Source: Octopus vulgaris (taxonomy: Eukaryota). From it: a DNA stretch of 64,000 nt. A program made the position numbers and the translations under genes. Below the pieces are notes generated by a model, which made no database searches, was not told the DNA's origin, and saw only the letters and a program-made list of their open reading frames with translations. The stretch covers positions 97,216,001 through 97,280,000 of the forward strand of contig OX597816.1 of assembly GCA_951406725.2 (NCBI GenBank), in the 5' to 3' direction. Positions 11,520-24,300 of this stretch are shown one piece after another. Positions within the stretch are counted from its first letter, which is position 1, and every line of letters begins with the position of its first letter.

Positions 11520-11974
11520 ATGTTTCCAAATAGTATCTAAACTCATTATGAAAGTGGAAGCACTCTACAGGTCAATAACAAGAAAGATAGACGACCTGAC
11601 AGGCATTGTCTATTGGGGTCGACTAAAAAAAACCTCAATCTCTACTCTCACCAAAACCGTCGGGAGCACTATATAATTTGTGTGATGTGGAAAATATTCC
11701 GTTAATATTGCACAACTGATGTTGGCATCAATTTTAAAATTCACGCAAGACTTGACTCCCGTACTATCTGCCCACTACAAAAATCGAACTCAGGACACAT
11801 AACAACATTACGTCACAACTACTTTACCTCAACCGGTCCAGCTTTCTTCAATACCATACTAAAATACGTCTAGAAGAAAAGGGATCCCATAAAATTCAAA
11901 TGTTCACTGGAGAAATTTCTTCAAAAACTCCCAGATCAACTTCCTGCACCAGGATATGTCTCCAACAATAATAG
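11520..11974 (+). mobile_element. CR1-like LINE 3' RT fragment
   Basis: Homologous to 23280-23720 (YW.RL..L.LYS...RRE.Y.I...WKI; GP..FN; PD.P..PGY). Confidence 0.75.
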
Positions 11975-12550
11975 CTAAACCCTCTTTTTGTCGATATCAG
12001 TATCCATACTGAAGTAGGTAGTTTCTACACAGACGGTCCACATTTCCATCAGGTTTCTTATTGGTATACTTGTGTGTTCTTTTAGATAAGTGTCTGTCAC
12101 TAGTTTTTCTTGAATCACCGATAGTGCTTCACCGGTTGAGACTTTAGTGAACAGACTAATCATATCTAGACTCACTATCAGGTTGGATTCAATGGTGGTA
12201 TCCTTGATCAATTCTGTGAAGTGGGTGGAATTCTTCACGTACGATGTTGAATTTCCTGCTAATGGACTGATAATATCCACAAGGAAGCGGCTCATTGGAT
12301 GACATGCTGAACCTCTACAGCTAACTATAGGTCTTAATGGAATGCCATCCTTGTGAATCTTAGGGAGATGTGTGGGAGTTTACTGTAGTGTTGAGTCAGT
12401 TGTCTGTACTCCATTGGTGTAAAGTGATCTATGTTCTTGATCAAGATCTGGGACAGCTTCCTGTCTGTTTTCAGAGTTGGGTCTTTCTTTGTTTTGCTGT
12501 AGCTATCATCACTTATAAGACTTGCCAATTTTTCAGAATAGTTAATTTTC
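11975..12550 (-). mobile_element. Penelope-like reverse transcriptase N-terminal fragment (frameshifted)
   Basis: KKDPT, IHKDGIPLRPIVS, YVKNSTHF, VSLDMISLFTKV, TTYF motifs. Confidence 0.9.
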
Positions 12551-12739
12551 ATTTTCTTAAAAAAAATTTAGTCAAATTGTTTCTCTGTCATTTACAACTG
12601 TATGCACGTATGCATTTATGTATGTGTCTTCTCTGCCAAGAATTCATAACGACCTTGAAGAGACAGAGATAGGCAGAAACAAAGAAAATGCCCCTTTTAT
12701 TCGAATACTATGCAAATATTCTTTTAAAAAACTTTTCAT

Positions 12740-12856
12740 TTCATTTTTCCCAAATTTAATTGTTTTCCGTACTTAGAGTTGAAAAAGTCTCAATGTCTGA
12801 AACCGGTACTAAAATATTTTTTTGTGATAAAATTATTTTAGCATTTTCTACCTTGA

Positions 12857-12860
<4 letters not shown>
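12740..12860 (+). mobile_element. Second copy of the U3-A8 hammerhead element (core 12779-12785)
   Basis: AG-UUGAAAA-AGUC-UCAAU-GUCU-GAAAC-CG-GUA-CU; matches 9785-9880; ends in (TA)n. Confidence 0.65.
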
Positions 12861-12926
<66 letters not shown>

Positions 12927-13300
12927 TACATAAGCTTTTTTTTACTTCTTCTTGGGTGAGAATATGGAATCTTACGTCGTTTTACCTGTGCTGTTTATCA
13001 CATCGGGATGATTTCGGATTAGTTACCAATGGTTCATCTCACCATGCCATTTTACCATCAGTTTATTGTGTTGCATGCAGAATTCGACCATTGTTTAACA
13101 CACACGTGTGAATTTGGCTGCTGGCCGCCAAGGGGTGGGGGGAAGAAATCTTCATCAAGGCGTAAAAATCGCTGAGTGAGATATCTTTTTTGTTTTATAC
13201 ACTTACTCTATTATGCGAGTATATATTTCTATATAATTCATTCTTGTTTTCGTTTGTTTTAATGCTTTGGTTGTGTGTGTGTGTGTGTATACGCGAACAA

Positions 13301-13414
13301 GAGTTACGGAATGGAGTAGCTAAGATCCGGGCGACATATATGGTAAAAAGCCAAGGGAGGTGTGTACTGCCGGCTACTCTCCAGGGCGAGGATATCCTAC
13401 TCCATTCCGTAACT
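13301..13414. repeat. 19-bp perfect inverted repeat enclosing a GC-richer structured segment
   Basis: gagttacggaatggagtag ... ctactccattccgtaactc. Confidence 0.85.
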
Positions 13415-13629
13415 CTAGTATTCTTATTCGCACACCCGCATCCTTGGTTGCCTATCGTGGTATATCAAAATAAAATTTTTTTGTCAGCTCATCGTCCTTC
13501 GATACGAAAAAATCCACAACCTTTCGTCCGTCTCACTAAACCACTATTGTTCCTGAAAGTTGTTTTTTTTAATATTTACTACTGATTGCTTGAAGCTAAC
13601 TTTCTTCCTACACCTCGATCCCTTGATCT

Positions 13630-13693
<64 letters not shown>

Positions 13694-13797
13694 TGTATGT
13701 ATGTATGTATGTATGTATGTATGTATGTATGCATGTATGTATGTAAGCATGTATGTATGTATATATGTGTGTGTGTGTATGCATGCATATATGTATG

Positions 13798-13832
<35 letters not shown>

Positions 13833-14057
13833 TTTCCCAGAAGCTTTATTATAAGGCGCTTGCCCAAGATGCCTTTGACAACATGGTTAGGGACAAAGCT
13901 CCTTGCCCACACATCCACATTACAACTTCGGATCTTGACTGCCCCTAAATGTATTCCATTCATTTGTTTAGTCTTTTACTATAGATACATACATACATAC
14001 ATACATACATACATACATACATACATACATACATACATACATACATACATACATACA

Positions 14058-14271
14058 TACGAGGAAGTACTAAAAAGTTCCTGGCTTTGTGTAAAAAAAT
14101 ACAGAAGAATAAGTTAATTGTGGTATTATTCAACATATTCTCTCAGGTTCACAGACTTATTGCGGCGGTTTTTCAGTTTGTCTAAGTCCCGTAAAAGAAC
14201 TCGAAATGTTGTGTCTCTAAACAAGCCTTTCGCGATACCTAAGGCCAGGATCTTTTCAGTACTCTCTCGTA
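14058..14271. mobile_element. Mariner-derived MITE
   Basis: TA-flanked TIRs tacgaggaagtactaaaaagttcctggc / gccaggatcttttcagtactctctcgta; second copy at 27650-27862. Confidence 0.85.
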
Positions 14272-14808
14272 CATACATACATATGATAAGTGTGCGTGGA
14301 TGTGTGTGATCAGGAACATCAAGCAAAGTATCGTATAATAAATATGGTAAACGGGGATCAGAGTTCATTGAAGTGAAGTCTACGACCTAGTTTGACGTAC
14401 GATATTGACTGTTGATTCATTAATTTGTTTTTTTTGTTATTATTTAATATTGCTGTGTTAGTTCGTTTTCAGTAATATGATTTAATGCGACAGAATCTTT
14501 CTTTTGCAGCTGTATGTAATGACTGCTTGGTTAAACACGTATTTCGGAAAATATAGATTATTCTGCATTGAGTAGATCTATGGAAATTTGCTTTCAAATG
14601 TTCAACATAAGAGATACAGAGCACGAAAGACTTGTCACCGAGTGAAATATGTTCAAACCGGAAATAACATAAGTTATATATGCAGTAAGAATTTTGCGAA
14701 AGCGAAGCTAAAATAACTATGGTTACATGCTAAAATGGTAGACAAGTCAAAGGCACCTTGACAGTTACTCTGTAGCATGAAGATGCAAACAATAAATTAC
14801 CAAAAAAG

Positions 14809-14859
<51 letters not shown>

Positions 14860-17536
14860 GTATGTGTACAACTATGTATGCATAGATGTATGTACGTGCG
14901 TATGTATATAAATGTGCGCGTGTGTATGCGTGCATGTGTGTGTGAGTGTGTATGTATGTATGTATGTATGCATGTATGTATATATATTTATATATATAAG
15001 ATATTTGGAAATCGAGAAAATTGGACAAATGGTTAACTGGATTGATTTATTGTGTTCCGAAATTCAGATTACGCAATCTGTCATGTTTAACTTTATATTT
15101 AAATAGCTTTTTGGACAGAAAAGTAAGTAAGATATAATTAAATACAATTTATCAAACATATCTCTTGCTACTTATAAACTAAGTCTATATCAATAGAAAA
15201 GAGAATGAGAATTTGAAATGTGAGTCATATAATCCGTCAATGTATAACAGACATGTAGTTGTTATCATGTATGTTAAGTCGATTAAGTACTTTATAGAAC
15301 TCATTATACTTGCTTAGAATTATGTGCAAGTTTGAAATCAGGTCTGCTAACAAACAGAAATATGCACACTTCGGTTAGACTCCGATACTTTTGCTGTCGA
15401 TAAAGATATGCTCTGTCCACTTGGACAGAATAAGGATAATTACCCCCAATTGAAACTTTTACTAATTCCATCCACATGCAGAGGAAACAAGTAAAGTTTG
15501 AGTGTCTTCGTAGGCGTCACGCAGTATTGAGGATCAATGAAATACGGAATATAAAAGCTTTCACCATATAAGGTTTATTCTAATGATTCGGCAACGAAAC
15601 ATGTTTTCATGTATTATCGAGGATAACTTCAATTATTGAGCCTATTTATGATATCAATATTAGGATATTGATGAACTTCTAAGAATAATGAGTAGAATTT
15701 TTTCTTGATACAATTGCTAGAGTGGCCGGTGAAATGATTTGTGGTATTCCGTTTGGTCGTTTTAATTTCTATGTTCAAATCTTATCAAATCTGTTTTTAT
15801 TTTTAATCACTCAGAGTACGATTAGAAAGAATCCATAGAGATCTTGGTTTGAATTAATCGCTTATACTTACAGCACAAGATTCACCTTGTGATAATATCA
15901 GAAACTACACCAAAAGAGTAGTCTTACAAAAACGGTACATTGATAAACTAAATGGCTTGCAGGATTCAAAATTATTTAGAATGTAAATATATTTAACATA
16001 CGTCCAGATTTAAAATCACTTCGATAAAATCTTGTCGATAAAATATGTAGGACTGGCAAACTGGGATCAATTAAATCGGCAAAACCTGTCTTCGGAACAT
16101 TTATGGTCTTGTGTCAATATAAGAAATCAGTATTTATCTAAATGTTTTTGTTAAAGTGAAATAATTGCTAAACAGACAGTTAGATATAAAAGTGGAATGA
16201 AATATAAATGAAAATAAAGAGGAGATACATTGGAAATTTATCTTTTAAAGTGCTCTGAACATCATGATTATTATGCTGAAATTCGCTGTCGTTTCTGATA
16301 CTTAATCTCCTGTCAGATCTATACCTCAAAGGTTTCAACTATTTTGATTATGTACAACTGTCAGTGTAGCTATGTTATTTTGAATTATACAGTATTTTAT
16401 TGGATTTAAAGACATTTACTTCAGGCTGGTTATAATGGTGTTTTGAATACTGCTTATCTCTAGATTATTTCGAGATTCATAGATTAGTATTGTATCGTTC
16501 TTAGGTTCAAACGGCTATTGACATTCTGCTTTTTCGAGTTTACTATTTCCAACATTAGTGATATATCGTAAACATATTTCCTAGCCTCTAACTTTTATAT
16601 TGTGCTGGAAATCAATAAAACATGTTAAGAAGTTAACGACAGACTAAAATATGTTACTGAAGTTACTGAGGCATCATGGAGTGCTGAAGTTGCGTTCGAT
16701 TCTCTACTATAATGATAAATTACTACAAAATGAATTGTACTACGAACATACTATTGCAAGAGTACAACAGAAGATCATGCAGACCTTTGTGACATACAGG
16801 TAGCTACTTCAACTGTCCTATTTGGCTGTGCACATTGAACTTTTATATATTCAGTTCACTCCAGATCACACAGGCGCGTCTAAAGCATCTTCACCATTTT
16901 CTATGTTTCCATTGACGTCTCGGTTCAGCTCTTATATCAACTTCAAACTTCTTATATTGCGCCGTAATATTAGTACAAGATCTCGCATATTGTGAGAAAA
17001 CACCGACACGAATGGAGGGAGAGATTGTCACCTGCACACACGCACATACATACACATATACACACAGACAAGCACGCACACAAACACACACACAGGCATA
17101 CACGAAGATAGGAACATATAACATAAACTCGACATAAAATACACACATAAAAGGCCCACACATTCGCTCATATATTCTCTTACGCATAAAACAACGGTAA
17201 GGGCGATATTGGCACAGTTTTTGCTTATGTAGTTGGTTCTTGGTTAATGAAGGTCAGTAATGACACTGTCTTCTCATATTTTCTTTATAATGAAATTATG
17301 ACGTTGCTATGTAAAGAAAAAACAGTCTTCTACTATGTGAAATTAAATAAAAAAAACTTAGAAAGGGTAAGACATATGTCCGCTCGATATGCTGAAAATA
17401 AGAATCAAATCTCCCAAAAATCATACTTTACTAGCAGAATTAAAAGCTATTTGCACTTAATGAAGAATAAGCGAGCTTACTTCGAGTGCGACTCGAAATA
17501 ATAGCAATAAGAGCCAAGTACCCAGATGTTAATGTG

Positions 17537-17583
<47 letters not shown>

Positions 17584-17723
17584 TGATAGGGCACAGAAAG
17601 TGTGCCAAAAGCCAGCTGGAGGAGGTGTCCTCCTGGGGCTATAACCTACAGTAGCATCCACCCTTAGGGGTTAGACACATTTAAGTGGCAAATATACTTC
17701 ACGATATATATATGTGTGTGTGT

Positions 17724-17807
<84 letters not shown>

Positions 17808-17812
<5 letters not shown>

Positions 17813-18126
17813 AATATTAGCAGATAGGGATGCTGGTTAACCTATGTGAGTGTATAAGAATCTCCAGTTAGTTTGATTTACTAACCGCATTCTATCATCA
17901 CATCGGCAAATACATATGACTCTATAGAGACTGCATTTTGCCGGTAGAGAAAGTAATGAATTTATAATTAAGGAGAACAGAGATTTATATCCAGCTTTAT
18001 TCAGCAATCAATTGCTTCTTTTCTTTGCTGCAGAAACATGTGTAGGTGCTGAAACGAAAGGAAGTAATTAACTGCTGAGTAAAACTGGATATAAATCTCT
18101 ATTCTCCTTTATTATAAATTCATTAT
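17808..18126. mobile_element. Fold-back element (arms ~17953-18030/18044-18126) with left tail
   Basis: Imperfect inverted arms; centre carries GAAAC-AUGU-GUA, the 3' half of an HHR. Confidence 0.7.
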
Positions 18127-18143
18127 ATACATATATGCATATA

Positions 18144-18197
<54 letters not shown>

Positions 18198-18198
<1 letters not shown>

Positions 18199-18556
18199 TC
18201 TCTTTTACTCTTTTACTTGTTTCAGTCATTTGACTGCGGCCATGCTGGAGCACCACCTTTTAGTACTTATTCTATCGGTCTCTTTTTGCCGAACCGCTAG
18301 GTGACGGGGACCTAAACACACCAGCATCGGTTGTCAAGCAATGCTAGGGGGACAAACACAGACACACAAACACACACACATATACATATATATACATATA
18401 TACGACAGGCTTCTTTCAGTTTCCGTCTACCAAATCCACTCACAAGGCATTGGTCGGCCCGGGGCTATAGCAGAAGACACTTGCCCAAGATGCCACGCAG
18501 TGGGACTGAACCCGCAACCGTGTGGTTGTTTAGCAAGCTACTTACCACACAGCCAC
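18198..18556 (-). mobile_element. Major tRNA-derived SINE family (CORE-like box, internal microsatellite)
   Basis: Minus head TGGCTGTGTGG...GGTTCAGTCC, cttgggcaagtgt; many copies in the window. Confidence 0.9.
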
Positions 18557-19132
18557 ATATATATATATATATGTGTGTGTTGATTCACTGGGAGCGATAA
18601 ATTACAGGACTCACTGCAAAAGTAAAAGAATTCTTTAATACGTTACAACTGAAAAGTAAACCGAGCATTGTTTTCTTCTGGATATCGAGTGCCTGGAGAA
18701 TTTTTTGAAATATGAAATGAAAGTCAAACGAAAGCGCATATCCTTATGTTCTTTCGTTTAAACACATTTCTGAACGACACGTGCGTAAGTGGTTGCTCCG
18801 GGGTCACACTTTCGATTTCAGTTGAGGTTCTCATGGTAATATTATAAACGTCACAAAATTCATACAATCGAAATCATGCAATTGCGTTGCAGTTTAAGCA
18901 ATGTTCGAAAATAATACCTTTAAGTGATATTTTTAATTAATAATTTTAATTACTGTTTTTTAAACAAAGTATGTACATGTGGGTGTTCATTTTGCACGCG
19001 CCTTTGCAAACGCATACATATACACATATTGACACTCATAGACACACATATATGCTTAGACTTATATGTTCATGCATACATACATACATACATACATACA
19101 TACATACATACATACATACATGCATGCATGCA

Positions 19133-19166
<34 letters not shown>

Positions 19167-19171
19167 CATAC

Positions 19172-19237
<66 letters not shown>

Positions 19238-19304
19238 TCACTTCAAACGAACTTTTGCAGGCATGATGGGGGAGAATGTTGGTAGTAATTTAGCTGACGG
19301 ACTT

Positions 19305-19358
19305 TGGTTGATGAGAAATCAGGCACCTTGTTAGCGCTAAATTTCGAAACCGGTACCA
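19305..19358 (+). ncRNA. Type I hammerhead, C3U variant
   Basis: UGG-UUGAUGA-GAAAU...AUUUC-GAAAC-CG-GUA-CCA. Confidence 0.7.
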
Positions 19359-19679
19359 GGTTGACCAGCATTTACTTGTCCTGACCCATTTGAGTTAACA
19401 CATTATTATTATTCACTGATATTTTTTCATATCATGGCTGTAATGGATTTGTGACTATTCGGTGGTACAGAAGAATTTCTTCAGTTCTATCTTTAGCGAT
19501 ATAGGTACTCATGTAGTACCCTTGTGTATATATGTACATACATAATATTGTATGTATATATTTTATTAAGTTGCCTGTACGGCTGATAATTCGCTTACCA
19601 CTCGTGATGGTATTTTAATAATACCATCCCTATATTTAATTATATATATATATATACATACATGCACACCAGATGAAAG

Positions 19680-19862
19680 GATAAGCCTATATGAACAGAA
19701 GACTATGCTTGGACTTCTTAGTAGAAAGCTCCGTGATGATAGTAACAATCTGTAAAAGTTTCCAGAAGTTCATCATTTAAATATATATGAGCATGTCTAG
19801 ATACGTAACTCTATGCATGACAATATATATATAAAACATAGAAATCTGCACATACATACAAA
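19680..19862 (+). mobile_element. Third 3' fragment of the R4/Dong-like family
   Basis: tttccagaagtt.atcatttaaatata...catgtctagata...aaatctgcacatacatac. Confidence 0.6.
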
Positions 19863-19864
19863 CA

Positions 19865-20392
19865 TGGTGGCTGCCCCCTCGTTGTCGAGTATGGCCATTG
19901 CACGAAGCTTAATCAATGTTGTTATCGTGCAATGCCTGTGCAAGAAGATTTTGTTTTAAAGTGAGGAAAGGCTGTGCACTGAGTCAATCCCACTCACTAA
20001 GCAATAGCAGCCATAATCCGAAAAGAAGAACAAGTCAACATCATCGGTAACCACTGAGCCGCAGGTTTTATGTCGGAGTTATCCCAGTTACCTTCTCCTA
20101 GAAGGACCCCCTAACAAAGGCTAGGAATCCTTCACTCCCAATGGTTTAACCGCGCGATTGGATATTCAGCCCGATTATTTCTGTCCCCGCACATGATACA
20201 TCCTTAAGATGTTTATTGGATGGCCGTTGACTCTGAAGAGTTCCTCCGCCCTTTGACGGGTTTTGTTTTTCATCCCGCAGGGTATCCAATAAACACCCTC
20301 CTCACCAAGCAAGCTTGGTGGGGTTGCCGGTTTAGCCGCCGATGACCCGACCATGCAACAGGTTGTACTGGGTTACATGTTACCAGTAACTC
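19865..20392 (-). mobile_element. Probable 5' UTR of an RTE-like LINE
   Basis: GC-richer structured block with ctaggagaaggtaact and aaacccgtcaaagggcggagg motifs reminiscent of RTE leaders; flanked by CATA repeats. Confidence 0.5.
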
Positions 20393-22539
20393 ATACAAAC
20401 ATACATACATGCATACATACATACATACATACATACATACATACATACACACATATATATATATAGATATACATACACACATACATACAGACATACATAC
20501 ACACATCCATACATACACACATACATACATACATACATACATACATACATACATACATACATACATACATACATACATACATACATACATACATACACAT
20601 GCACTCATGCCTTTATGCATATAATCACACATAAAGGGGCACTCACACATATTAAAGTATATATCAATAAAACCTATATATTAAAAATCTGAAAAAAAAG
20701 CAACGGTTTTTTTTCTTCCTGAACCAGAGCAGAATTCACAGAATTGAGTAAAAATTCTCACTTTATCGCGCAAACAAAGTTCACACCGCATCTATGATTT
20801 GAATCGCCCGCCCCTGCATGGCTGCGCATTATCTACAACAAACCCGGTAAACTTGTTGGCGTCAACGTGTCCTCAGCGGACATTCATTGTAGAAGAAGGA
20901 GGCAGAGACAAACTGCAAGTGCGTGTTAAGCCATTTGGTGTTTAGTACGAAAAGAAAAATATCTTACCGTCTAACCATGCTGAATATATATATGCATAAA
21001 CATATACGTATAAAATATTTGTATATTTATACCTACCTACCTACATATGCATACATATATGTTTATGTGTGTGTGCAAGTGTATGTGCGTGTGTGCGTGT
21101 GTGCGCATGTGTGCTCATGTGTGCGTATGTGTGTTTTAGATTGGTATCAGTAGTGTGTTACACATTTTTTTTTTATCAAAGTACTTTGAAGTATATTTCT
21201 CAAGTTTATCAAAATTTCTAGAAGTGATATTGACGAATCTTTGTAGTGGGTGTGTGTGAATATAATCGAATTAATATTTTTAGATCTATACATAGTCACT
21301 TTTGTGTTTATAATTTTTTTGATCAGAGAAAGTTGTCTGGCACCTTGTGGAGAACCTCTCCAAAATGTCAAAGGGGTGTTAGACTGGGTGAGAGATCAAG
21401 TCTGCCGTTCTTGGTGGGATTTGAAATCAGAACTCGAAGATCCGGGAACAAATACTACAAATCGATCGATCAGACGTTGTCAGAGTTTTGCCACCTAATA
21501 TTCATATTTTTGAAAATCGATTTCGATAAGAGGCCAGCGTATAATTTGAACGTAGAATGCAGAATCGGATCAAATACACATTTTATCTAGTGCTTTAACA
21601 GCTCGGACTATTCGCAGCCTATATCAGAGAGACGTACTTTTTCTTCAGTTTTCCCGTGTCCTTTTTTTTTTCTGTTTAATATATTACACTACAAATTGTT
21701 CTTGTTATGAATGGATTGTGAGTCAGCCAGAAAGTGTGTAACTTGTATATATCGAGTCATGAAGTTATCAGCGTTCACGTTTGCAATATTTTTTTCTAAT
21801 CACATTAGCTAGTAGTATATTGTTCTCGGTATTAGAGAATATGATTTGTTACTGATAAGAATAGTTTAAACAGCAATATGTCTTTAGTACACATTTAATG
21901 TTAGTCTACAGCTTCAGTTAATGTATCTTGTATTATGTTTTATTTTATTATTCCTATTTTTTTGATAAAGTGGTTATCTGGTCTCTAGTAAGTAGACATT
22001 TGATACTTATAATATATTTACGTGTTGTTTGTTTATTATATAATATATAGCGTCTGCTAATTTATTGCATTATTTTTGTGTCTGTATTTTTCTATGACTT
22101 TGAATAACCGATACTGATTAGCGTTTGTTTTATGATATGTCTTTCTCTTGTGCTTTGTTTATGAGAAATAATCTTAAATACCCTACTCAATAAGGATTTT
22201 ACGACGGATGTCTTTTGTTGTTTTTTTTATCTAAGTAAGCTATGTCACTGAGTTCTCAGTGACAAATTTTAGTAAAAATGTCGGTAATTAACTTTTATAA
22301 GCGGTTCGAAGGCGTTTACTGTTAGCTTCAGTTTTGTATCCTCGAAGCTGGTTGATACCAGGTTGATTTTTATTGTTATTTGAAGGCCAACTACCTTCGT
22401 ATTTACATTTACTTTCCCGCCAGCCGCCAAACGTCATTAAAGATATATCTATAGCATTATGTTAACGTATAAGCGGTCTCATTAGGTATATATGTTATAA
22501 AGGTAGGTAGGTGAATAACACACACATATGTATATAATC

Positions 22540-22948
22540 TTTTTTTTTTTACTCTTTTTACTTGTTTCAGTCATTTGACTGTGGCCATGCTGGAGCACCA
22601 CCTTTTAGTCGAGCAAATCGACCCCAGGTCTTATTCTTTGTAAGCCTAGTACTTATTCTAACGGTCTCTTTTGCCGAACCGCTAAGTTACGGGGACGTGA
22701 GCACACCAGCATCGGTTGTCAAGCGATGTTGGGGGGACAAACACTGACACACAAACATATACACATACACATACATATATATACATATATACGACGGGCT
22801 TCTTTCAGTTTCCGTCTACCAAATTCACTCACAAGGCTTTGGTCGGCCCGAGGCTATAGTAGAAGACACTTGCCCAAGGTGCCACGCAGTGGGACTGAAC
22901 CCGGAACCATGTGGTTCGTAAGCAAGCTACTTACCACACAGCCACTCC
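22540..22948 (-). mobile_element. Full-length copy of the major SINE
   Basis: Near-identical to 18198-18556 and 52300-52744. Confidence 0.92.
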
Positions 22949-22962
22949 TATATACAAGTATG

Positions 22963-23009
<47 letters not shown>

Positions 23010-23012
<3 letters not shown>

Positions 23013-23826
23013 GGAAAATTTGAACTGATGCATTTTGGAAGAAATTCCTTACTAAAACAGGCATACTCTCTTCCTTCACGGGAACCGCTCACAGCCTCTA
23101 ACAATATCAGAGACCTGGGTGTAATTGTTGATGACGATCTCAGTTGGAGTGCACACATCAACAATAAGGTCGATATAGCTCGTAGGATGAGTTCCTGGAT
23201 CTTACCACTTTTCTCCCCCTTTGTACGGCCACACCTAGAATACTGCTGCCCACTGTGGTCTCCCCATACAAGACAAAACATCTCGAGGATTGAATCACCC
23301 CAGAGGGCACTCACCAAACGAATTGAAGGCATGGCTGCTCTCGATTATTGGGATCGCCTTAAAGCCTTGAAACTCTACTGTCTCCAGCATCGCCGTGAGC
23401 GGTACATCATTTGTACGATTTGGAGAATATACCGCCAACTTTGCTCAAACGACCTGAACATTAGCTTCAAGGTTCATCCAAGACTGGGACCACGGGCCAT
23501 ATGTCCCCTGCCCAATTCAAGATCACAGCATACATATACACTGCAACATAAATTCTTTTCCTCAACTGGCCCTGCCCTATTTAACATTGTCCCGAAAGAG
23601 ATCAAACAGGAAAAGGATCCCATCAACTTTAAACGGAATCTGGATAGATTCCTTCAAGGAATACCAGATAAGCCACCCATAATTGGATACAACTCACCCA
23701 ACAAAAACTCACTACTTTAATGGACCATAAACAAAACTTGACTTAAACAGGATTTAGATAATCCTATCAGGTGGTGCTATTAAGTTAGACATGGCCTGGA
23801 CCAATCTTTGGTCGAAACATATCTAA

Positions 23827-23830
<4 letters not shown>
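23010..23830 (+). mobile_element. CR1-like LINE 3' end (RT C-terminus plus 3' UTR stem-loop), with internal deletion
   Basis: KFELMHFG, RDLGVIVDDDLSW..HI, VRPHLEYCCPLWSP, RRERY; (TA)n on both flanks. Confidence 0.92.
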
Positions 23831-23871
<41 letters not shown>

Positions 23872-23874
<3 letters not shown>

Positions 23875-24182
23875 CACTCCGTCGGTTACGAGGATGAGGG
23901 TCCCAGCTGATACGATCGACGGAACAGTCTGGTCGTGAAATTAGCGTGCAAGTGACTGAGCACTTCACAGACACTTGTACCCTTAACGTAGTTCTGAGGA
24001 AATTCAGCGTGACGCAGAGTGTGACAATGCTGGTCCTTTGAAATACAGGTACTACTCATTTTTGCCTGCTGAGTGGACTAGAGTAACGTGAAATAAAGTG
24101 TCTTGCTCAAGGGCACAACGCATCGCCGGGATTGAACTCACGACCTTACGATCGTGTGCCAAAAACCCTACGCCATGCGCCT
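23872..24182 (-). mobile_element. tRNA-derived SINE (another family)
   Basis: Minus: GAGTTCAATCC B box, cccttgagcaagacactt CORE/V-like box. Confidence 0.8.
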
Positions 24183-24221
24183 TCACACACACACACGCAC
24201 ACACATACATACATACATACA

Positions 24222-24254
<33 letters not shown>

Positions 24255-24265
24255 GTATGTATGTG

Positions 24266-24300
<35 letters not shown>

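Noticed and set aside
12965-13165. Possible minus-strand HHR (UUGAUGA ... AAAAC-GAC-GUA)
   Set aside because: Boxes ~160 nt apart, G12 missing and no stem II closing next to the second box
13301-13414. Twister or HDV-like ribozyme assignment
   Set aside because: P2/P4 (twister) and P1/P3 (HDV) pairings could not be completed by eye; kept only as an unassigned structure
16860-17040. Minus-strand exon candidate after a TG tract
   Set aside because: Acceptor is just a microsatellite ending in CAG; no recognisable peptide or donor
19865-20392. HDV-like ribozyme expected in RTE 5' UTRs
   Set aside because: No convincing nested double pseudoknot found manually; needs a descriptor search
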